23,307 nt of DNA from Planctomycetota bacterium (GCA_027001995.1 JALTLO010000045.1:1-23307); one strand, 5' to 3'. Positions 8,751 through 17,030 are shown, counted from the first letter of the stretch. The notes: a model not told the origin generated them from the letters alone. Numbers and translations are program-made.

Positions 8751-9758
8751 CTAAGTCACTTCACCACCACAACTAGATCCTGAACCTGCGGTGCAGCCAA
8801 AGCAGTGATCATCGAATTGGATGGTCCGTTTTAAGAAGTCTCTTGGTTCGAAATCGAAAATGGTAAGAGGTTTCCGGTCACTGCGATTCACATTCATCCC
8901 CAACATCTGATTGAAATCGCAATCGTAGATAGTGCCATCATAGGCGACGCTCAGCATGTTGCGGCACATGATGGATTCGCAGGTGTCTGGATTGAATGCA
9001 CCCACCAGTTTCTCCATATAAGGTGCCAATGATTCGCGCCTGGCCAAATCTTCACGGAAACGGTGGATGGGCATGTTGGTGATGGCGTAAAGACTATTGA
9101 AACGGATGCCGAACTTCTGCTGGAGTTCCCGTTTGAAATCCCTCTCAAGCTCTCTTTGAGGTGCGGGCAAAAAGGCACCTGCTGGGTTATAGACCAAGTT
9201 GAGTGTGAGTCCAGATCCTTCTTGCCCAAAGCCTTCGGCGTTTAGCAGTTTGAGACCATCAATGCTCTTTTCGAAAACACCACGACCTCTTTGGCGGTCG
9301 GTGAAATATTCTTGATAGTAGGGCAATGAAGAAACGACGATGACCCCGTGAGTAGCGAAGAATTTCGGCAGATGGCTCATGGAGGTGCCGGTTTGAGGAT
9401 TACCATCAAAAATGACCGTGAGGTTATGACGAACCATGACCGCACGATCCAAAGCGCGGGCTTCTTGAACTAAGTATTCGAAATGATCGTTGAGCTCGGG
9501 AGCACCACCAGTGAGGTCGAGGGTCTTGATTTCAGCATTGTCCTTGAGAATCTGAATGATTCTCTTTGCACTTTTTTGGCTTAGGTGTTCTGTCCTTTGG
9601 GGAGAAGAGTCAACGTGGCAATGCTTGCATGCTTGGTTGCATAGTTTCGTGACATTGACTTGCAGTGTTTCAACGCTCTTAGGTTTGAGGTCTAACCCCA
9701 AGGAAGTGGCCATTTCCTGGAAGCCGTATTGAGGTGCATTCATCGTGGGGTCTTGCAT
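8751..9758 (-). CDS. arsS: ArsS-like radical SAM protein (arsenosugar-biosynthesis / Cys-rich DUF3641 family)
   Basis: Start likely ATG 9758 (or 9743), just after the AhpD gene. TLQVNVTKLCNQACKHCHVDSSP (CxxxCxxC), DLTGGAPEL, SLPYY, QRGRGVF, LNLVYNP, ITNMPI, MCR, YDCDFNQM and C-terminal HCFGCTAGSGSSCGG. Confidence 0.88.
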   Translation of the reverse strand: MQDPTMNAPQYGFQEMATSLGLDLKPKSVETLQVNVTKLCNQACKHCHVDSSPQRTEHLSQKSAKRIIQILKDNAEIKTLDLTGGAPELNDHFEYLVQEARALDRAVMVRHNLTVIFDGNPQTGTSMSHLPKFFATHGVIVVSSLPYYQEYFTDRQRGRGVFEKSIDGLKLLNAEGFGQEGSGLTLNLVYNPAGAFLPAPQRELERDFKRELQQKFGIRFNSLYAITNMPIHRFREDLARRESLAPYMEKLVGAFNPDTCESIMCRNMLSVAYDGTIYDCDFNQMLGMNVNRSDRKPLTIFDFEPRDFLKRTIQFDDHCFGCTAGSGSSCGGEVT

Positions 9759-9763
9759 CCGGG

Positions 9764-10096
9764 TTAGATTCCCTTCTTCTCCAGAGCATTGTGCATTTGG
9801 ACACCGTGGATCAAAGTGATTCCTGCTTTCATGGCGGCAGCGACGTGAATGGCTTCCGTCATTTGCTCTGGGTCGGCGCCAGATTCCAGGCATTGCTCAG
9901 TGTAAGCGTCGATGCAATAGGGGCACTTTTCGCTATGGGCAATTGCCAAAGCGATGAGTGATTTCTCCCGCTTGCTGAGTGCTCCTTCTAGGGAGGTCAC
10001 TTCGTTGTAGTAGGCGAAGAAACTTTTCATGGAGTCTGGGGCGAATTTGCCGACTTCAGCAAAGCGTCCCAAATCTTCGGGTTTGTAATAGCTCAT
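9764..10096 (-). CDS. AhpD/carboxymuconolactone decarboxylase-family peroxidase-like protein of the type that accompanies ArsS-like radical SAM genes
   Basis: 110 aa. GALSKREKSLIALAIAH, CPYC redox motif, EAIHVAAAM..G.TL.HGVQM. RBS AAGGAA upstream. Ends 5 nt before the radical SAM start. Confidence 0.9.
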   Translation of the reverse strand: MSYYKPEDLGRFAEVGKFAPDSMKSFFAYYNEVTSLEGALSKREKSLIALAIAHSEKCPYCIDAYTEQCLESGADPEQMTEAIHVAAAMKAGITLIHGVQMHNALEKKGI

Positions 10097-10192
10097 GGCA
10101 TTCCTTTATTCGCGGACGTTGCAACTTAATGCAATCACACTTTTTCTGTTCTCTTACTCGTAAAATACCGAAAAGAAATCAGGTTTAACTGG

Positions 10193-11377
10193 GTGAGAAT
10201 ATTGGCTGTTAAGACACCAAACAAAACGGATTTAGAGTATCAACTGAACCGCTTGGTTGAGCGATTCGATCATTTCACTGATCGAGATGCTGAACGGTGG
10301 AGCGATTTGCACAAGATACTAACAGCTTTGACGCCAACTTCTGATGTGGGCGAGGGTGTTTTGTCTTCCGATGATGAAAACGCCTGCCGTTTCCTCAAAG
10401 CCAATGATCTTTTCGGTGGCCTTCCTAATACGGAACTGGCCAAATTCATCGCCCATGGCGAATTGCGCGTCTTCGCTCCCGGGGAATGGGTGTTTCGCCA
10501 TGGGAGTGTTTGTGACCAAGTCGTGGCTATTCGCGAAGGTATCCTGGAAATTCGCCGGGATGGGGCGGGCGACAGTGGCTGTGCCGCACTCTTGGGTGTT
10601 GGAGAAGTTCTAGGCATGTTGGGGGTGATGACGGGCGGGCTCCACCGATCGTCAGCAAGGTTCCCCGAAGGTGGCGAGGTGTTTGTTATCAGCGCCGAGA
10701 ATTTCGACCGGGCCTTAGATTCTCTCCCTTTGTTGTCAGCCTCCTTGGCCCGCTCATTGGCGCGGCGTCTGATCGGGGCGGTCCAAAAGGGTGACATGAG
10801 CCGCGCAAAGAAACGGCATTTGGAGGGAAGCTTGGCTCATTTCGATCTTTCGACCGTTTTGCAAAGCCTATTTTCGACAGACGCTTGTGAAGGAATCCTC
10901 CAGATTACCAACGGAGCTGGAGAAGCTTTGGGTGAGATTGTTGTGGGAGATGGCCGCGTGTTGTCTTGTCGGGCTGGCAAACTCCTTGATCGGGATGCGT
11001 TTCACCAGCTTTTCTTGGCTGACAATTCCGAAAATCGATTCAACTTTGTTGAGAGTAGCGAGAATGCCGTGGGTACCGAGCGCAAAAGTGGCATGGCGGC
11101 ACTTTCTGGCGCTGGTTTGCTCATGGATTGCGCGCGCATTGCCGATGAGCTTGAGCGCATTCGGTCTGGACCCTTGGGGGATCTTTCTTATGTCCTCAAG
11201 CGAGCTGATCCGCCCATTGCCTGGGATGAACCAGCAACTCAAGCCATGGTGAGAGAAATCTGGGGCCTTCTCGGATCAAAACAGACTGTGGGGTCCATCA
11301 TCGCCGAACAGTTGGACCAGGACCACTTGGTCTACCGCGTTCTCTATCGTTTGATGGAAGCTGGCCACATCAAGTAG
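10193..11377 (+). CDS. Cyclic nucleotide-binding domain + DUF4388 (PatA-N-like) protein
   Basis: 394 aa. cNMP barrel LFGGL...FAPGEWVFRHG...IREGILEI...LGVGEVLG...RSSAR, then DUF4388-like LEGSLAHFDLSTVLQ...GILQI...GEIVVGDGRV...RFNF...LLMDCARIADE and a short wHTH-like tail. Start uncertain (GTG). Confidence 0.8.
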   Translation: MRILAVKTPNKTDLEYQLNRLVERFDHFTDRDAERWSDLHKILTALTPTSDVGEGVLSSDDENACRFLKANDLFGGLPNTELAKFIAHGELRVFAPGEWVFRHGSVCDQVVAIREGILEIRRDGAGDSGCAALLGVGEVLGMLGVMTGGLHRSSARFPEGGEVFVISAENFDRALDSLPLLSASLARSLARRLIGAVQKGDMSRAKKRHLEGSLAHFDLSTVLQSLFSTDACEGILQITNGAGEALGEIVVGDGRVLSCRAGKLLDRDAFHQLFLADNSENRFNFVESSENAVGTERKSGMAALSGAGLLMDCARIADELERIRSGPLGDLSYVLKRADPPIAWDEPATQAMVREIWGLLGSKQTVGSIIAEQLDQDHLVYRVLYRLMEAGHIK

Positions 11378-11416
11378 AGACTTTCTACGAGCGCTTTCCA
11401 AGACTCAACTATTTTC

Positions 11417-11456
11417 GACAAAAAGAAACGGGCGGCTTTCACCGCCCGTTTTTGTC
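11417..11456. terminator. Bidirectional Rho-independent terminator between convergent genes
   Basis: AAACGGGCGG-CTTTCA-CCGCCCGTTT (11426-11451), with an A-rich run on the left and a T-run on the right. Confidence 0.85.
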
Positions 11457-11615
11457 AACGGATTGAGACTTCTTTGAAATGTCCAAGAGGGGAATCTGAA
11501 CATTTCGGGTGGATCGGGTATAGCCTCGCTCCGCCAACTTATTTGCTTCTTGTCCAATTAAGAAACGAAATCGGGGCCGATTTGTTTGATCTAAGCTGAA
11601 TGCTTGTGAACCGAC

Positions 11616-12749
11616 TTAATCGGCAGGGGAAGCAAAGCGGCTGGGAGCAAAATTGCGGTCATCGAAGTGGGCTTTGTCTTGCAACAGGCGGGCAGCGCAA
11701 GCGCCAACGGCCCAGGAGCAAGTGACGCCGTGGCCTCCTAATCCACCAACCCAAAAGAATCCTTCTACTTCCGAATCCCAGCCGATGACAAAGTTACGGT
11801 CTGGTGCGAAGGTCCTGATACCACTCCACATCTTGGCAATGGGGAGGTCACTGAGGTCTGGGATGAAGGTCTCAAACTTCTTGATCAACAATTGTGTGAC
11901 TGATGGGTCGATATCTGGTGATCCAGGTTCGACTTGTTCTTCGTCCCCAGCGCAAAGGAGCAGCCCCCCGGACTCTGGGCGAACATACCAGTCGTTTTCG
12001 ATGTCCCAGACAAAGGGCATCGAGGGGTCGACCCAGTCGAGTTTGCCGGTGAAGAATAAATGACGGCGCATCGGGCGCCAGATAATAGATTGGCTTCCGG
12101 CCATGGCAGCCAGTCGACTGACCCAAGGACCTGTGGCATTCACGACGACATCGAATGGTTCGAAGCCGGCGTTGGTTTGTATACCACTGACCCGTCCATT
12201 CTCACGGACCACATCCATGACGGTGGTAGACAACTCCAGCTTTGTGCCACGGCTGCGTGCATCGCGCAGGAAGAACTCCAGCAAACCCGCGACGTCAACG
12301 ACGCCATCGGATGGAGTGTGCAGAGCACGGTCAAAAGCGCTGTTTGCCAGAGGGGCGAATTCGAAATGGAGTTCTTGCTTGCCCACCATGCGGACATCTT
12401 CACCCAGGGCATCGGAAGATCTGAGATCATCGGAGATCTCCCCAAGGATTTCTTGGGATCCCAAGAGTAAAGAACCATAGGCATCGAAGCGAAAATCAGC
12501 CCGGGGCCCAGCGGTACAATCGAGGAATCTACGGCTTTCCTGGGCCATCCTGGCAATGGGACTCGGTTGGACGACTTGACGGATCATGGCAGCGTTTCGC
12601 CCAGAGGAATGGACTCCGGGGAGCCTTTCCTTGTCCACAACGGTGATGGCATATCCGGGGTTTTGGCTGAGGTGAAAAGCCGTCGCCGCCCCTGCTAAAC
12701 CCGCACCAACAATACAGACACGAATTGGATGGCGCCGATTGGCTGGCAT
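11616..12749 (-). CDS. FAD-dependent oxidoreductase, DAO / glycine oxidase / sarcosine oxidase beta family
   Basis: IVGAGLAGAATA, HSSGRNAAMIR, DGVVD, VVNATGPW, YVRPE, WSGIRTFAPDRNFVIG and GLGGHGVT. Start set at ATG 12749; the ORF track extends to 12818. Confidence 0.88.
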   Translation of the reverse strand: MPANRRHPIRVCIVGAGLAGAATAFHLSQNPGYAITVVDKERLPGVHSSGRNAAMIRQVVQPSPIARMAQESRRFLDCTAGPRADFRFDAYGSLLLGSQEILGEISDDLRSSDALGEDVRMVGKQELHFEFAPLANSAFDRALHTPSDGVVDVAGLLEFFLRDARSRGTKLELSTTVMDVVRENGRVSGIQTNAGFEPFDVVVNATGPWVSRLAAMAGSQSIIWRPMRRHLFFTGKLDWVDPSMPFVWDIENDWYVRPESGGLLLCAGDEEQVEPGSPDIDPSVTQLLIKKFETFIPDLSDLPIAKMWSGIRTFAPDRNFVIGWDSEVEGFFWVGGLGGHGVTCSWAVGACAARLLQDKAHFDDRNFAPSRFASPAD

Positions 12750-13190
12750 GTGGGATCTCAATGACCTTCGAAGAAACTCTCCCTGGGAGGAGAGATCATG
12801 ACCCTCAAATGAGAGCACGGGGGATCATGCCAAAATCGCTCAGGGGGGAGGAGCCTATCCCCTCATTTTTGTTCTCTCGCCCCTGGACTGCCTGAGATCG
12901 TCTTTCGTGGGAATAATCGATAGTTTGATGGGCTTTTTTTCATTTCGCTGAGGATGGATGGGACCTGTGAGGCTGCCCAAAGGAAACCGGATGATGGAAT
13001 TCCTGATGAATTTGCCCCTTCGTACTTGAGAGTCTGACGGTCCGAGGAATTGTCACAAAGCCTGATGCTACAGGCCATTGGGACAACCTCTTGGGTTTGG
13101 GGCTGGGAATTCATATCAGTGGGGGTGAGGATGGACGCGGAAGTCCCCTAATCTAGCGAGAAGAGCAGCCGCTCGGACTACGAGAATAAG

Positions 13191-14021
13191 ATGTCCCGGA
13201 ATCTTGAATATTACGTTGCCCAGCTTGATCAATGGCCCTTTGAGGTCGGAGTGAATTTGGGATTGGAACCCTCTGCACAAAAGAGTGAGTTGCCCTTTCG
13301 GGCTCATATTCGCCTTGAGCTGAATCACCCCACTGATGATGGCCTCTGCACGAAGGAAGAAGAAGCCCTCTTGCTGGCGGTTCAAGAAGAGATTCTTGCG
13401 ACCTTGAGTCCGGAGAACCACTGCTTCGTTGCTTCTGTGACCCATCGAAATGCGAGGACTCTTGTTGTTTATCTGCGGGATGAGCCCGATGAGAACGCTG
13501 AGATCAACAAAGTGATGGAGAAGGTGGAGACTCACGCCTCGAAAGTCATGTGGGAATCTGATCCCGAGTGGGCCGAATATACGGATCACCTATTTCCCAG
13601 CGAGAACTTTCTCCACCAAATCAAAGACCGCCGATTACTGAAAGAATTTGATCGTCGGGGTGACGATTGCTCCGAGATTCACAATATTGAACCTCGTTTC
13701 ATGATGAAGAGCAAAGAAGCTGCCGAGGCCCTTTCGTCGTCTTTGGCGGAAAGTGGTTTCGCAGTCAAAGAAATCAATAAACTTGAGGGCGACGATTCTT
13801 TCTCTTGGTGTTTGATCGCATCAGCCCAGAGCCCATTGGCTTTGGCTGTTCTCGATGAGTTTCGTCCCATTTGGATTGAGCTGGCGACTAAGGCCGATGC
13901 TAAGTTCGACGGTTGGAGTGCTGAGGTCGTGCCCCTGGATGGTGGCCATGACAATACTGGCTGCGATGGTCATCTGTCCGGAAAAGCGGAAGACTATGAG
14001 GGTGCCGTTAAGCCTGACTAA
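13191..14021 (+). CDS. DUF695 domain protein with C-terminal RraB-like domain
   Basis: 276 aa, acidic. VGVNLGL, DGLC..EE..L, FVASVT...R.LVVY, DPEWAEY..LFP, then GDD......F and FDGW. This matches my recollection of the DUF695+RraB architecture. Confidence 0.7.
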   Translation: MSRNLEYYVAQLDQWPFEVGVNLGLEPSAQKSELPFRAHIRLELNHPTDDGLCTKEEEALLLAVQEEILATLSPENHCFVASVTHRNARTLVVYLRDEPDENAEINKVMEKVETHASKVMWESDPEWAEYTDHLFPSENFLHQIKDRRLLKEFDRRGDDCSEIHNIEPRFMMKSKEAAEALSSSLAESGFAVKEINKLEGDDSFSWCLIASAQSPLALAVLDEFRPIWIELATKADAKFDGWSAEVVPLDGGHDNTGCDGHLSGKAEDYEGAVKPD

Positions 14022-14087
14022 TCAGGCCCTTTGTTCGACCTTGAGCCCGACTTGCAGTCCAGCAAAGGGCGCTCTGGATGAATTCTT

Positions 14088-14852
14088 TTGAATCTTCTGC
14101 TGGCTCGACCAGAGGAGGTTGAATCTCCCCATCTCATTCGGCTTGTCGGGTCTAGGCGGGATCATTTGGTTGATGTCCTGGACGTGAGGGTGGGGTCGTC
14201 CATTCGAATCGGTTTCCCCGATGGCCCCCAGGGAGAAGGCGTTGTTGAATCTGTGGGGGATTCCGTCGTTCTCCGCCACAATTTAGATCCCGCAGGAAAG
14301 CCCAGCACAACCCTCCCCCTCATCCACATACTCTTAGCTATGCCGCGACCAAAAGTTCTGGGTCGCGTCTTAAGTCACTTGGCCGCCCTCGGGGTTGCGT
14401 CCATTTGTTTGGTCCGTAGCTGGCATGTGGAGAAAAGCTATTTTCAATCCGATCTCTTGGAAGAAGAGAACTTGAGGTTGGCCCTCCTGGAAGGCCTGGA
14501 GCAAGCCTGCGATACGCGGATACCGAAGTTAGAGATCTATCGCCTTTTTCGCCCTTTTGTCGAAGATTCCATGGATTCCTTGTGGCCACAGTCCAACCGC
14601 TTGCTGGCCCATCCCTACGACTCTATTCCTATGAGCCGAGTTTCTCTGGTCGATTCTCAGGAAACGACAATAGCCATTGGCCCAGAAAGAGGATGGACGC
14701 CATTTGAATGCGAGCTTTTGGGAACTCACGGGTTTTCAGCAGTGAATTTAGGTCCGAGGGTCTTAAGAGTCGAAACCGCTCTCACCACATTGGTGGCCCA
14801 AGTTCAACTCCTTCAGCAGTTAGGCTCAGATCAATTTGGGCTCGAAGATTAG
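14088..14852 (+). CDS. rsmE: 16S rRNA (uracil1498-N3)-methyltransferase RsmE
   Basis: 254 aa, TTG start. HLVDVL, LLAMPRPK, VEKSY, EGLEQA.DT.IP, and SPOUT motifs IAIGPERGW and LGPRVLRVETA. Confidence 0.92.
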   Translation: MNLLLARPEEVESPHLIRLVGSRRDHLVDVLDVRVGSSIRIGFPDGPQGEGVVESVGDSVVLRHNLDPAGKPSTTLPLIHILLAMPRPKVLGRVLSHLAALGVASICLVRSWHVEKSYFQSDLLEEENLRLALLEGLEQACDTRIPKLEIYRLFRPFVEDSMDSLWPQSNRLLAHPYDSIPMSRVSLVDSQETTIAIGPERGWTPFECELLGTHGFSAVNLGPRVLRVETALTTLVAQVQLLQQLGSDQFGLED

Positions 14853-14862
14853 TCGCCTTGGC

Positions 14863-15408
14863 TTAACCACCGTCTCGACTGGCGGCATACTGTCCTGCTT
14901 GCGGGGGCAGGTTCATGACCTCCTCGGGATAACAATCTGCGAGAAAAGAGGCTAGGTCCCGCATGCTGACCACATGAGTGGGCCTCCCGTTCTTGTTGGT
15001 GACAGGAATATGGCGGCAATGACTGTCGGTCATCAGGTTAATGGCGAAAGAGACAGAATCACGGATTCCTAAAGTGTCTGGATTTCGTGACATGAATTCT
15101 TGTACAGGGGTGGAATCCAAATCTACCTGGGATAAGACGACTTTATTGAGAACATCTCTTTCCGTAAAAATCCCCAATACTTTGCTGTCTTCTGCAATAA
15201 TGGCGGATCCCACCTCATTTTCTTGCATCAGGCTGATGACGGAGCGGAGGGAATCTGTGGGCAGAGAGCAGATGGCGGGTCTGAGTGCCAGTTCTCCCAA
15301 GGAGATGTTAAGTCGTTCGCCACCAGAATGTTGCTCCCAGTGGGTTCTCAGGATCACTTCGAAGTAATTCTCTTCTTCGACGGCGATGGGGTCATAAAGG
15401 GGATCCAT
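14863..15408 (-). CDS. CBS domain pair protein
   Basis: 181 aa. LGIFTERDVLNKV, V.EFMSRNP..L, AINLM....RHIPV and VVSMRDL. Confidence 0.9.
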   Translation of the reverse strand: MDPLYDPIAVEEENYFEVILRTHWEQHSGGERLNISLGELALRPAICSLPTDSLRSVISLMQENEVGSAIIAEDSKVLGIFTERDVLNKVVLSQVDLDSTPVQEFMSRNPDTLGIRDSVSFAINLMTDSHCRHIPVTNKNGRPTHVVSMRDLASFLADCYPEEVMNLPPQAGQYAASRDGG

Positions 15409-15538
15409 ATTTCTTCTCCGCTGCAGTTGTGTTGGGAACTTCTCAGCCTACAGCAATTCTCTCCGTTTGTCCTCTCTTGAGCTCAAAATGCGGGTCGGAT
15501 ACTTGGGAATCATTTGTTTTGAGGTGGAAATCGTTGCC

Positions 15539-16819
15539 ATGGAAGAAGTTGAGCATCAAGTTTATCTTGGGGCAGACGCCCGAAGAATGGACTTTCTTGA
15601 CTCTGAGAGTGTCCATTTGATCGTGACTTCACCACCTTATTGGCAATTGAAGGACTATGGTGACTCTCAGCAGATTGGGTTTCATGATTCCTATGAGACC
15701 TATATCAATGACATGAACCTTGTTTGGTCTGAGTGTGCACGGGTGATCAAGCCTGGCTGCCGGGTGGCCGTCAATATTGGTGATCAATTCGCACGGGCCG
15801 AATGCTATGGGCGCTACAAAGTGATTCCGATTCGGACTGAAATCGTTCGGGCCATGGAAAGCATGGGTTTGGACCACATGGGTTCCATTATTTGGCGAAA
15901 AGTCACGACTTGCAATTCCAGCGGGGGAGCGAGTGTCATGGGCTCATTCCCGACCCCAAGAAACGGCGTCGTGAAGTTGGATTATGAATTCATCTTGTTG
16001 TTTAAGAAACCAGGAAAGACGCCTCCTCCCAGTAAAGAAGCGAAAGACGCGTCCCGGTTGAGCACCGAAGAATGGAATCGATACTTCGCCGGTCATTGGG
16101 AGTTTGCCGGTGAAAAACAAGTTGGCCATATTGCTATGTTTCCGGAAGAACTTCCACGTCGTTTGATTCGAATGTTCAGCTTCCCTGGGGAAGTCGTGCT
16201 TGATCCTTTCTTGGGGTCAGGAACTACCATGTTGGCCGCTGCCAATTTGGAACGTAAGTGCGTGGGAATTGAACTTAACCATGAATTCGAAGAGTTGATT
16301 CGGGAGCGTCTGTCTATCTTCCCTTTGTTTGATGACGGTGCTATTCGCTTCCATCGAATCTCTGTTGAAGAGCGACCAACTCGAGAGCAATTGGTGGAAA
16401 TGCAGAAGGGCTTGCCTTACGTCTTTCGTGACCCCGTGGTGATCGAGAGAAAGAGCAAGACTAAGAAGCGCAAGAGAGGTCCTGGGGCCATTGATGAATC
16501 CGTTTCGGGTGTCAAAGCCGTGATCTCTGGGCGGGAAGTTCTCTTATCCGACGGTCGGCAAATCATCTTACGGGGGATTCGGATTGGCGCTCAACATGAG
16601 GATCAGGCCCGTGATTTCTTGCGCCAGCGGCTCAAGAGTACCCGCGTGTTCACCCGGCATGACGTGGTCGTAGGTGACAAGATTGCAGCCTATCTTCATC
16701 TCAAGAACCGCACCAATATCAATGCCCATTTAATCAAAGCTGGTTTGGCCCAGTGCGACCAAGAAGATGAGCATCCTATGAAAGCGCGGTTCCTTCGTTA
16801 CGAGAATGAAGCCACTTGA
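15539..16819 (+). CDS. Site-specific DNA methyltransferase (N4-C/N6-A, beta class) with C-terminal thermonuclease (SNase)-like domain
   Basis: ATG 15539 preceded by GAGGTGG. Motif IV VTSPPY precedes H.AMFPEELPRRLI and motif I LDPFLGSGTT, with GIELN after it. C-terminal VKAVISG...LSDGRQIILRGI...AAYLHL.N...INAHLIKAGLA resembles an SNase OB fold. Confidence 0.9.
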   Translation: MEEVEHQVYLGADARRMDFLDSESVHLIVTSPPYWQLKDYGDSQQIGFHDSYETYINDMNLVWSECARVIKPGCRVAVNIGDQFARAECYGRYKVIPIRTEIVRAMESMGLDHMGSIIWRKVTTCNSSGGASVMGSFPTPRNGVVKLDYEFILLFKKPGKTPPPSKEAKDASRLSTEEWNRYFAGHWEFAGEKQVGHIAMFPEELPRRLIRMFSFPGEVVLDPFLGSGTTMLAAANLERKCVGIELNHEFEELIRERLSIFPLFDDGAIRFHRISVEERPTREQLVEMQKGLPYVFRDPVVIERKSKTKKRKRGPGAIDESVSGVKAVISGREVLLSDGRQIILRGIRIGAQHEDQARDFLRQRLKSTRVFTRHDVVVGDKIAAYLHLKNRTNINAHLIKAGLAQCDQEDEHPMKARFLRYENEAT

Positions 16820-16876
16820 ATGAGTTGCTTCAGGAAACGATGTCAGAGGACGTGACGAATTGCCCAAGGATGGGGC

Positions 16877-16911
16877 AAAAAAAATGCGGAGTGGCCCAAG
16901 AGCCACTCCGC
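16877..16911 (-). terminator. Rho-independent terminator oriented for a minus-strand transcript
   Basis: The minus strand reads GCGGAGTGGC-TCTTGG-GCCACTCCGC-A-TTTTTTTT (10-bp perfect stem, 8 T). The plus strand has no T-tract after the hairpin. Confidence 0.8.
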
Positions 16912-17030
16912 CTGGCCGCGTCATACGGGGGGGAATGACGCAACCTCAACAGGCGAATACTACCTGAGGGTACTTCCACGGAGGAAGGGTTTTCGATTTT
17001 GTTGGGCAAATATCCAACGATCACCCTCGA
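16877..17030 (-). ncRNA. Candidate structured small RNA with C-rich loops (5' end uncertain)
   Basis: Consecutive hairpins lead into the orphan minus-strand terminator: AGGGT/ACCCT enclosing GTTGG/CCAAC; CTTCC/GGAAG; CAGG/CCTG within CCTC/GAGG; GCGTCAT-TCCCCCCCGT-ATGACGC. There is no credible minus-strand CDS upstream. Confidence 0.45.

Noticed and set aside
8751..8800. Possible selenocysteine readthrough in the ArsS-like gene
   Set aside because: The C-terminal motif encodes Cys (TGT) and the stop codon is TAG.
1..10096. Idea that the GT/flippase cluster completes an arsenosugar pathway with ArsS
   Set aside because: It is separated from arsS by an oppositely oriented gene. The GTs look like generic GT4 and DPM-like GT2 with a Wzx, typical of surface polysaccharide synthesis.
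12841..12871. GGGGA/TCCCC hairpin followed by CATTTTT
   Set aside because: The stem is short and imperfect with no plus-strand gene upstream, too weak to call a terminator.
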